Origin: Mobula hypostoma
Taxonomy: Eukaryota
Assembly: GCF_963921235.1 (NCBI RefSeq)
Contig: NC_086108.1
Span: forward strand, 113,028,001-113,092,000
Length of the DNA: 64,000 bases
Reading direction: 5' to 3'
In this document: positions 36,301-48,300 of the stretch, piece after piece
Numbering within the stretch: position 1 is the first letter of the stretch
How the letters are laid out: every line of letters starts with the position of its first letter
Notes under the pieces: model-generated
The model's input: only the letters and a program-made list of their open reading frames with translations
What the model was told of the DNA's origin: nothing
Databases searched by the model: none
Program-made: the position numbers and the translations under genes

Positions 36301-39300
36301 AATGATGGACGAACAACAACAACAACAACAATCCACTCTTACCCCTACACCCCTCCTTGTCTCTGTAACCCACTCTTACCCCTACACCCCTCCTTGTCTC
36401 TGTAACCCACTCTTACCCCTACACCCCTCCTTGTCTCTGTAACCCATTTTACTCCTACACCCCTACTTGTCTCTGTAAACCCCTCAAACCCCTACAACAC
36501 TCCCCATCTCTGTATTCTCCTCTGGCCACTACATGCCTCTCTGTCTCTGTAACTCTCTCTGGCCCCTACACTGCTCCTCATCTCAATAATTCTCCCCAGC
36601 CCCTACACCTCCCCAACTTGGTTACCCCCTCCAGCCACTCCACCCATCTCTGTCTCTGTGACCATCCCTTCCCCTTCAGCACCTACATCCCTCTCCATTT
36701 CCGTAACTTCTCCCTGTCTCTGTAATCCCTCCAGCTCCTACAACCCTCCCAGTCTCTGTTACCCCTGCAGCCCCTCATACATACCCTGTCTCCGTAACCA
36801 CTCCATGTCTCTGTAACCCTCCCTGACTGTACACCCTTCCCTGTCTCTGGAACCAGCCCCTCACCATGAACCGAAACCTCCGCCCTCCTGCAATCACAGC
36901 CTCTTGACCGTCCCCAGTTTGCTACTAGTGTTGGCTCTGCCTTCGGTGGCCTGGGCTCTGAGCTCTGGAAAACACTCTCCCCGTCTCTCTTCACCTTGGC
37001 AATGCTCCAAGGTCCCAGTACCTCAATATGTGTGGAAGCGTCTCTCTATCTTACAATGCGGAACACAGGCAGCTCGGTAATGTGGCGGTTAGTGTAACAC
37101 TATTACAGTGCTAGCTGGAAGATCGAAGTTCGATTCTTGCTGCTCTCTGTAACAAGCTGGTAACCGCGTGGGTTTCTTCTGGGTGCTCTGGTTTCCTCGC
37201 ACATCCCAAAGACGTACGGGCTAGTTGTGGGCATGCTATGTTGGCACTGGAAGCGTGACGACGCTTGCGGGCTGCCCTGCTCAATCCTACTGATTCAATT
37301 TGATGCAAGCGATCCATTTCACTCCATGTTTCAATGTTCATTCGTTTGCTATGTGCTGTGGGCGATCCTGATCCCATGACCACCATTGATCTTGGCACGT
37401 TTGTCTACACGTTTGTCTCTCTGATGGTGGTGTCTGAAAAGAGGATGCTGTCTAAGTTGCATGCCATCTTGGACAATGTCTCCCATCCACTACATAATGT
37501 ATTGGTTGGGCACAGGAGTACATTCAGCCAGAGACTCATTCCACCGAGATGCAACACAGAGTGTCATAGGAAGTCATTCCTGCCTGTGGCCGTCAAACTT
37601 TACAACTCCTCCCTTGGAGGGTCAGACACCCTGAGCCAATAGACTGGTCCTGGACTTATTTCCTGGCATAATTTACATATTACTATTTAACTATTTATGG
37701 TTTTATTACTATTTATTATTTATGGTGCAACTGTAACGAAAACCAATTTCCCCCGGGATCAGTAAAGTATGACTATGACTATGACTACAGAAGTGGTTTG
37801 CCATTGTCTTCTTCTGGGCAGTGTCTTTACAGGACAAGTGAGTCCAGCCATTACCAATACTCTTCAGAGATTGTCTGCCTGGCATCAGCGGTTGCGTAAC
37901 CACTGACTAGAGCCAGGGGACGTAGCCTCAAGATTCGGGGGAGTAGATTTAGGATGGAGATGAGGAGGAACTACTTTTCCCAGAGAGTGGTGAATCTGTG
38001 GAATTCTCTGCCCAATGAAGCAGTGGAGGCTACCTCAGTAAATATATTTAAGACAGCTTGGTTAGATTTTTGCATCATAGGGTTATTAAGGGTTGTGGGG
38101 AAAAGGCAGGTAGGTGGAGATGAGTCCATGGCAGATCAGCCATGATCTTATTGAATGGCAGAGCAGGCTCGACAGGCCAGATGGCCAACTCCTGCTCCTA
38201 TTTCTTATGTTCTTATGTAACCAGGACTTGTGATATGCACCAAATGCTCATATGACCATCGACCACTGGCTCCCATAGGTCCATGTGATGCTGATGGGGG
38301 GGTGGGGCTAAGCAGGTGCTACGCCTTGCCCAAGGGTGACCTGCAGGCTAGCGGAGGGAAGGAGTGCCCAACACCTCCTTTGGTGTATCTCCACTTGGTC
38401 ACGCAATGTTTCAATATACCTGTGACAAATTAAAGCTAATCTCTATCTTTATCTGTACCATGTAAATACAGAGGGCAGGGGTACGGCCTTATCTAAACTG
38501 CACGCCTTCCCGACACTGGTTCCCCAATGTGATCCTCGGTTAGGTAAGCTCTACCTTCAGTCCGTCTTTGCCTTGACGTCCATCTTCTCCAGGGGGGCCT
38601 GGCTCACCCTAAAGCAGAAAGAGAGATGGTTCTCTGAATCACAGTGTAGGATTCGGTGATACACTCTACACCTTAGGCACCAGCCTACCCGCCATCAATG
38701 ACATACAGTACTGTGCAAAGGTGTCAGCCACATATAAAAAGCCAGGGTGTCTCAGACTTCTGCACTGTTCTGTAGTAATTTTATGTATTGCACTGTATTG
38801 CTGCCACAAAAACAAAACATATTTCATGACACAGGTGAGCAATGGTAAACCTGATTCTGATATGGGTTTCTGTTCTGGATGGAGAGTGGAGGGATAGAGA
38901 GAGGAGAATCATGTTTGGGAAAGGGGGGAGGGAGGGGGGAGGGTGTGGGAAGGACTGGTAACTCAGGACTGGGTGTGTTTGCAGCTGCGCTACTCCCTGC
39001 CCCTGTCACTCCTTCTCTGCCACCTGTCCCACACCCCTCCCGCGGCACCCTACCATCACCATACACAACGAATTTTGCTCCCGCCAGATTTACAAATTTG
39101 CTCGGCACTCCACATTGTCAAACACAGTACTGTGTTTGCATCCAGCTATAAATACGTGCCTAAGACTTTTGCACAGTACTGTATGTACAGAAAGGTGCTG
39201 GAGTAGGGCCAGTAATATCATGAAATACCACCCCCCCATGGACTCTTTGCCCCACTCCCATCAGGGAGGAGGATCAAAAACAGTTACTTTCCCCAAGCAG

Positions 39301-42300
39301 TAAGGCTGATCAACACCCCCCTCCACACCCCCACCCTCTAACCCACACCCCCACCCACTAACCCACCCCTCCACACCCCCGACCACTAACCCACCCCTCC
39401 ACACCCCCACCCACTAACCCGCCCCACCACACCCCCACCCACTAACCCAACCCCTCGACACCCCCAACCACTAACCCACCCCTCCACACCCCCACCCACT
39501 AACCCACCCCTCCACACCCCCGACCACTAACCCACCCCTCCACACCCCCACCCACTAACCCACCCCACCACACCCCCACTCACTAACCCAACCCCTCCAC
39601 ACCCCCACCCACTAACCCACCCCTCCACACCCCCGACCACTAACCCACTCCTCCACACCCCCACCCACTAACCCACCCCTCCACACCCCCGACCACTAAC
39701 CCACTCCTCCACACCCCTGACCACTAACCCACCCCTCCACACCCCCACCCACTAACCCGCCCCACCACACCCCCACCCACTAACCCAACCCCTCGACACC
39801 CCCAACCACTAACCCACCCCTCCACACCCCCGACCACTAGCCCACCCCTCCACACCCCCACCCACTAACCCGCCCCACCACACCCCCACCCACTAACCCA
39901 ACCCCTCGACACCCCCAACCACTAACCCACCCCTCCACACCCCCACCCACTAACCCACCCCTCCACACCCCCGACCACTAAACCACCCCTCCACACCCCC
40001 GACCACTAACCCACCCCTCCACACCCCCACCCACTAACCCACCCCACCACACCCCCACTCACTAACCCACCCCTCCACACCCCCAACCACTAACCCGCCC
40101 CTCCACACCCCCACCCACTAACCCAACCCCTCGACACCCCCAACCACTAACCCACCCCTCCACACCCCCACCCTCTAACCCACCCCTCCACACCCCCAAC
40201 CACTAACCCACCCCTCCACACCCCCACCCACTAACCCACCCCTCCACACCCCCAACCACTAACCCACCCCCTCCACACCCCACCCACTAACCCACCCCTC
40301 CACACCCCCAACCACTAACCCGCCCCTCCACACCCCCAACCACTAACCCGCCCCTCCACACGCCCACCCACTAACCCGCCCCTCCACACCCCCACCCTCT
40401 AACCCACCCCTCCACACCCCCACCCACTAACCCACCCCTCCACACCCCCAACCACTAACCCGCCCCTCCACATCCCGAACCACTAACCCGCCCCTCCACA
40501 CCCCCGACCACTAACCCGCCCCTCCACACCCCCGACCACTAACCCGCCCCTCCACACCCCCACCCACTAACCCGCCCCACCACACCCCCACCCACTAACC
40601 GGTCCCACCACACCCCCAACCACTAACCCGCCCCTCCACACCCCAAACCACTAACCCGCCCCTCCACACCCCCACCCACTAATCCGCCCCACCACACCCC
40701 ACCCACTAACCCGCCCCTCCACGCCCCCAACCACTAACCCGCCCCTCCACGCCCCCAACCACTAACCCGCCCCTCCACACCCCGACCACTAACCCGTCCC
40801 TCCACACCCCCACCCACTAACCCACCCCTCCACACCCCCACCCACTAACCCACCCCTCCACACCCCCGACCACTAACCCACCCCTCCACACCCCCGACCA
40901 CTAACCGAACCCTCCACACCCCGACCACTAACCCACCCCTCCACACCCCCGACCACTAACCCACCCCTCCACACACCCGACCACGAACCCACCCCTCCAC
41001 ACCCCCGACCACTAACCCACCCCTCCACACCCCCACCCACTAACCCACCCCTCCACACCCCCGACCACTAACCCACCCCTCCACACCCCCGTCCACTAAC
41101 CCACCCCTCCACACCCCCACCCACTAACCCACCCCTCCACACCCCCGACCACTAACCCACCCCTCCACACCCCCACCCACTAACCCACCCCTCCCCACCC
41201 CCGACCACTAACCCACCCCTCCACACCCCCGACCACTAACCGAACCCTCCACACCCCGACCACTAACCCACCCCTCCACACCCCCGACCACTAACCCACC
41301 CCTCCACACCCCCGACCACTAACCCACCCCTCCACACACCGACCACTAACCGAACCCTCCACACCCCGACCACTAACCCACCCCTCCACACCCCCGACCA
41401 CTAACCCACCCCTCCACACACCCGACCACTAACCCACCCCTCCACACCCCCGACCACTAACCCACCCCTCCACACCCCCACCCACTAACCCACCCCTCCA
41501 CACCCCCACTCACTAACCCACCCCTCCGCACCCCCAACCACTAACCCACCCCTCCACACCCCCAACCACCACTACTTATCATTTCCTGTCAGTCACCCTG
41601 TGCCCTGTGTAGACATACAATCAATCTATGGAGATAAGCTACCTCATGTATTTATATTCATTGAGTTTTTTATTATTATTGTGTCCTTTATCTTACTGTG
41701 TTTTTTAGGTGTTGCATCAGATCCGGAGTAACAATTGTTTTGGTCTCAATTACACTTGTGTACTGGAAATGATGTTAAATTCTGTTGAATTCAGAAAGCA
41801 AATAGCAGCAGGCTGAAGCAGAGCCTGACAGGCTCAGAGATGCCAGGTGTGATACAAAAACACCAACAAATGCCAGTGCTGGCAAGATGGGCTGAATATT
41901 GCATGAAAGTAACAACATACAAGATAATGTGGCAGATCCATAAAACTCAGGTCCAACCACATTTGGAATATTGTGTTCATTTCTGGTCATCTCATTATAG
42001 GAAGGATGTGGAAGCTTTAGAAAGTTTGCAGGGGAGATTTACCAGAATGCTCAGCAGATCAGGCAGCAGTTGTGAAGAGGAATAAACTTTTAACATTTCA
42101 GGTTGAGACCCTTCTTCAGGACTCCTCCTTTTGATTTCTGATGAAGAGTCCAGGCCCAAAATACTGACTGTTTATTCTTCTGAATAGCTGTTGCCTGACC
42201 TGCAGAGTTCCTCCAGCATTTTGGGGGTGTCTGAATTCCCATCATCTGCAGAACCATTTGTATTTTCCTGGATACTGTCTGGATTAGACAGCATGTCTCA

Positions 42301-45300
42301 TGAGGACAGAGGGAGTGATTTAGGCCTTTTCTCTTTGGAGTGAAGGTGGATGAGAGATGTAAGTAGGAGACTGGAACTGTGCACAGTATCCCAGTGTGAT
42401 ATGGAGACTGGAACTATGCACAGTATCCCAGTGTGATATGGAGACTGGAACTGTGCACAGTATCCCAGTGTGATATGGAGACTGGAACTGTGCACGGTGT
42501 TCCCAGTGTGATATGGAGACTGGAACTGTGCACGGTGTTCCCAGCGTGATATGGAGACTGGAACTGTCCATTTAGAACAGAAATGAGGAGGAATTCTTTT
42601 AGCCAGACAGTGGTGAATCTGGAATTCATTGTCACAGACAGCTGTGGAGGCCAAGTCATTGAGTATATTTTTAAAACAGAGGTTGATGGATTTTTGATTA
42701 GTCAGGGTGTCAAAGGTTATTGGGAGAAGGCAGGTGAATGGGGTTGAGAGGGATAATAAATCAACCGTGATGGAATGATGGACCAAATGGCTTCACACAG
42801 TTTGCATGTCGTATGGTCTTATGGTTATCTGTCGCATTCCCACTCTCCTGCCTTCTCCCCATAACCTTTGATTATCTGACTAATCAAGAAGCTACCAACC
42901 CCACCTGTGAGCTTCAACATGTACGTCTACATTCTCTACACCAAATCCAGAACGGAAGATGTTCCTGTCTCCTCATTTACGTTTGCTGTTCAGTTGTGAA
43001 GTTGTTAGGGTGGATCTGGCTTTCTTCCCAGACCTCTCCCACTGCTGTCCTGACCTGTTGCTGTCTGTAGCCATTGCTGAATATGTGGTATTTTACCTGT
43101 GTTTTGTCACACCTGTCACCTTGACTGATACAAGATCATATGAAGTTCAGGTGGCATGTTTCATCCTGTCTCTGAAAACGAGCCTATGTGTAATTTTACA
43201 GAGTCACCTGGAAAATGTTGATTTGAATATTGAGGGGCCTTTGGCACAACTCACCCTCATTCCTGGCTGGCCAATTTCTCCCTCTTTGCCAGTCAGTCCG
43301 ATTTCACCCTGTGTCAACACAAAGACAGTTTAGATTAAAATTTCTCCCTTCACTTTACTTTGAAGTAATTTAAGCAAGTTTTTCTGAGAGAGTTGGCAAA
43401 TGTACTCTTTTCAGAATTTATCACAAGTTTAGGCACATGGTAGTTTTTTGAATGCAATGTGGTAAAAACCTGTCTTTGACAACACGCAACACGTGTTGGA
43501 TAGGTTGGGACTTCAGTCCATTGAACATCAGAGAGTGAGGGATGATTTGATAGGGGTCGACAAAACTATGAGGGGTATAGACAGGGTTTTCCCACTGAGA
43601 TTGAGTGAGACTAGAACTAAAGGTCATGGGTTAAGGGTGAAAGGTGAAATGTTCAAGAGGAACATGAGGGGAGACTTCTTCACTCAGAGGGTGGTGAGAG
43701 TGTGGAATGAGCTGCCAGCACAAGTGGTGCATGTGAGCTCGATTTGAACATATAAGAGACATTTGGATGGATACGTGGATGGGTGAGGTATGGAGGGCTC
43801 GGCTGGGTGTAGGTTGTTGACAGTAGGCAGGTTAATGGTTTAGCATAAACTAGATGGCACAAATGGCCTGTTTCTGTGCTGTGGTGGTCTATGCTTCCCT
43901 GACTCCATGTTGCACGGATACCATTCTCTCAAACACTGATGTGTTCAGCTAATTATAGTCAGACCCACTGAGGGAATTGTGTGGGGTAGTATTATGAGCA
44001 ATTGTGTAAATATTAACAAAGAAAATCATCATGGTTTAACGTGGATTCTCGTGACTTACATTTAGATTTACTTGTTTATCAGATATATCAAAACATGCAT
44101 TGAAAAGCATTGTTTGCCTTAACATCCCACACTATCCGATAATGTGCTGGGGGCAGCCTGCAAGTGCCGCCACTCATTCCAGCGCCAACAGCACGTGCTC
44201 ACCATGTTCAGCAGAACAACACGCAGACAGCAGACCACAAGAAACAGCAGCAGATCAGACCCCTTACCCTCACCACCCTCCATCCCCACTCACACATACA
44301 CATGCCCACCATGTTCAGCAGAACAACACACAGCCAGCAGACAACAAGAAACAACAGCAGATCAAACCCCTTACCCCCACTCACTCACACACACACATGG
44401 GTCTCCACCTCCAGGTCCAAACAGATTCACAAAATGGCCAAAAGAAAATGTATTTCTACAACTGGAATTTTGTCATTTCAAGCCATTTAGAGTGTCTGGT
44501 ATCAGAATTTGCTTTTAGCAACAGAATCACTGGATTTCTGACAGTCTGAATGTCTTCTGGTTATGTATTTATTTATTTAGCGATCCAGTGCACGACAGTC
44601 CCTTCTGGCCCATTGAGCCACGCCACCCAGCAACCCTCTAACCTGATCACAATGACCAATTAAACCGCTAACCGGTACGCCTGTGGACCGTGGGAAGAAA
44701 CCGGAACATCCACAGGAAAGCATGTTCCATTGGGAGGACATATAAACTCCTTCCAGAGATGCTGGAATTGAACTCTGAACTCCAATGTCCCGAGCTGGAA
44801 TAGTGTTGCACAAACCGCTACGGTACAGTGGCAAGAATGTCGAATGTTGAACTCAACAAATTGTTACTTGACCAGCGACATGGATGAGTGCTGAAGGGTA
44901 TCTAGAGTGCAGCCTGCGCTCCATATTTGAAGGCCAGTGTCATGGATGGGTGTGGAATGATATCCACAATCCAGGCCTGTGCTCTGTATTCAAAGGCCAG
45001 TGACATGGACAAGTGCTGAAGGGTATCTAGAGTGCAGCCTGCGCTCCATGTTTGAAGGCCAGTGTCATGGACGGGTGTGGAATGATATCCACAATCCAGG
45101 CCTGTGCTCTGTATTCAAAGGCCAGTGACATGGACAAGTGCTGAAGGGTATCCAGGGTGCAGCCTGCACTCAGTGTTCAAAGGCCAGTGACATGGACGGG
45201 TGTGGAAGGATATCCAGAGTCTAGGCCTTTGCTCTGTGCTCAGGTGATGAAGGACATCTGTGGTTGTTGGATTTATCCCAGGATCAGATGTCCATGCACG

Positions 45301-48300
45301 CAGGAGGCACGAGGGCTGGTGAATCAGGATCCTTCGTCGACGGTTAGTCTGGGAATTAATACCAAAGATCAGAGCAGGCACGCAGGTTGATCGGTAGTCT
45401 CGAAGTCGATGCCTGATGGCTGAAGATTGGAGACTGTAGGCCCGGAGGCCTGCCGTGGTGTTGGACTGGGAGGGTGGAAGGAAGAAAAGGGGCTTGTTTT
45501 GCTGTTGCTGTTTTGTTGCTTGCTGTGTTCTCTGTCGTTCTGCTGAACACGGCGGGCATACTGTGTTTGCACTTTTGTTTGGCGACATTTGTGGGCTGCC
45601 CCCAGCGCATCCTTAGGTTGTGTCGGTTGTTAATGCAAATGACACATTTCACTGTATATTTCAATGTACAGGTGATTAATAAACCTGAATCTGGAGATCA
45701 GATAAAGAGTGTTGGTGTCACTGAGATGTAAAGAATTCATCAGTGATGGTGTTACTGATGAGGTATACGTAGAGAGTGTGTGTGAGCTCTTCACCTTAAT
45801 CTGAATACAGACTGCCCCTGGGAAATAAACACATCACTCTCACCATGCAGGCCACGTCCTCTTCTTGTTGCCACCATGGCAAGGATGTGAAGACCCTCAC
45901 TCAGTACTGAACTGCAGAGTTCCTCCAGCATTTTGTGAGTGCCATGTTCAATGGTTTAGAAACAGCTTTTTGTCCTCCACTATCAGATCTTGGAACAGTC
46001 CATAAACCCATGAGCACAACCTCACTATTCCTTTTCTTTCAGCACTGTATTTTTATTTTGTAATTTACAGTAATTTTATGTCTTTGCATTGTACTGCAAA
46101 CACAGAACAACAAATTACACAGAATGTAAGTCAGCCTGATCTTACCTGCCAGCTTGCCCTCCTCCCCATCCCCATCATCTTATTGTGGTTCCTCCCACTC
46201 TTCCTTTCCAGTATTGAGGAAGGACCTTGACCTGAAACATCAACTGTTTATTCATTTTCATAGATGCTGCCTGGCCTACTGACTTCCTCCAGCATTTTGT
46301 GTGCGTTACTCAGGATTTCCAGCATCTGCAGGATCTCTCATGTTTCCATCAGTGATTGGTAAGTTGGAAAATACACAAAAAATTGCTCAATATCGGAGCC
46401 ATACCTCTAGATGGTTGTAATAAAAGGCATCAAATACACTTAAGACCGATAGGTAAGGACAATTACTAAATGTTGGGAGAGAGAGAGGGTGAGGCAGGGT
46501 ACTGGTTTTAAACAATTTGCTGGAGGAACAGCGGGTCGAGCAGCAACTCAGGGGAGAAAGGAATTGTTGCGTTTCAGATACGCAAAACATTGACAGTTCC
46601 TCTCCCCCACAGATGCCACTTGGCCAGCAGAATTCCTCCAGCAGATTGCTTGCTGCTCCAGATTCCAGCATCTGCCACCTTGTGTGTCTCAGGAACCTAG
46701 TTTTGTCATTCAGAGGAACGAACATTTATATGTACATTGGAATCTTGAATTTAAGGGGTAAATTTTAAGGTGATTAAAGGAAAGTATATGGGAAAGTCAG
46801 AGGTAGGTTTTCTTTAAGCACAGAGTGGTAGGCGTATGGAACACCTTGTCACCTCACATTTTTGATATATACTATTTGTTTTTTTTGCACGATTTTTAAT
46901 CTATTCAATATATGTACACTGCAATTGATTTACTTATTCATTTATTTTTATTTTTATTATTTTTTTCCCTCTTCTATATTATTTATTGCATTGAACTGTG
47001 GCTGTTAAGTTAACAAATTTCACGACACATGCTGGTGATAATAAACCTGATTCTGATTCTGATAGAGACAGATACATGAGTGGTGTTTAAAAACTCTTAG
47101 ATAGGCACATGAATGACAGAAAAGTGTTGGACTGGCAAACCAAATGAAAGCTGCTTCGGTTAAACATTTGATTAGCAAAGTTTCTAAACGGGATGGTACC
47201 TTAACGGTTGATCATGACAAAATTAATAAATCTTTTCAAGAATTTTATACTTCTCTATATCAATCGGAATTTCCTGAACAGTCTACCCTAATGCATGAAT
47301 TTTTAAGGAAATTAAACATTCTGAAATTACCACTTAATGAACGCTTAGAACTAGATGCATCCATTACGGAAGATGATATTAAGAAAGCAGTTTTTGCGAT
47401 GAATACTGGAACAGCACCAGGTTTGGATGGATTTACAGTAGAATTTTATAAATCTTTTTCAAATTTACTTTCACCATGGCTATGTAAAATTTTTAAGGAT
47501 GCCTTACTTGTAGGTAAATTACCACAATCCTTTTATGAAGCATCAATTTCTTTATTTCCTAAAAAAGAAATTGTGCGTCATATAGACCTATATCTTTGTT
47601 GAATGTAGATTCCAAAACTTTTTCTAAAATAATAGCAAATAGATTGGAAAAGGTACTGCCACAAATTATTTCTGATGATCAGACAGGATTTATTAAAAAT
47701 CACTTTTCGTATTTTAATGTTAGGAGGTTAATGAACATTGTATATACTCCTTCATCTAAAGTTCCGGAATGTGTTATTTCGCTCGACGCTGAGAAGGCGT
47801 ATGACAGAGTTGAATGGAAATATTTATTTAATGTGCTTGAGAGATTCAATTTTAGCCCAAAATTTATTTCTCGGATTGAATTGATATATCATTCACCTTT
47901 GGCTTCCATATATACCAATAATCAGAGATCCCCCTTTCTTTGGCTTTCCGGAGGTACAAGACAGGGTTGTCCGTTAAGTCCTTTGTTATCTGATATAGCT
48001 TTGGAACCCTTGGCAATCGCCTTTCGTGATTCACCCAATATATTTGGAATTACTCGTGGGAATCAGACGCATAAGGTATCATTGTCTGCAGATGACTTGT
48101 TACTATATCTCTCTAACCCAGAGAAATCCATCCCAGCAGTTTTATCACTACTAGCTCAGTTCAGTAGTTTTTCTGGTTATACACTAAATCTTAATGAGAG
48201 TGAGTTTTTTCTATTAAATATGCAAGTTCCAATTTATAGACAATTACCATTTGAATTAATTACTGATTAGTTCACTTACCTAGGTGTCAAAATTACTGAA

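Larger units (their letters stand above)
35640..36850. repeat. Degenerate about 37-bp minisatellite, split by the 35753-36330 insertion
   Basis: ctctgtaacccactcttacccctacacccctccttgt units on both sides of the insertion. Confidence 0.8.

Noticed and set aside
35722..36442. 204-aa (-) and 150-aa (+) ORFs over the retroposon
   Set aside because: No recognisable domain; polyC/polyQ come from the (CAA)n tail; the element is better explained as non-coding
39315..41570. Interstitial telomere
   Set aside because: Only one ctaaccc per 28-bp unit, no (TTAGGG)n run, and the flanks show derivation from a LINE UTR
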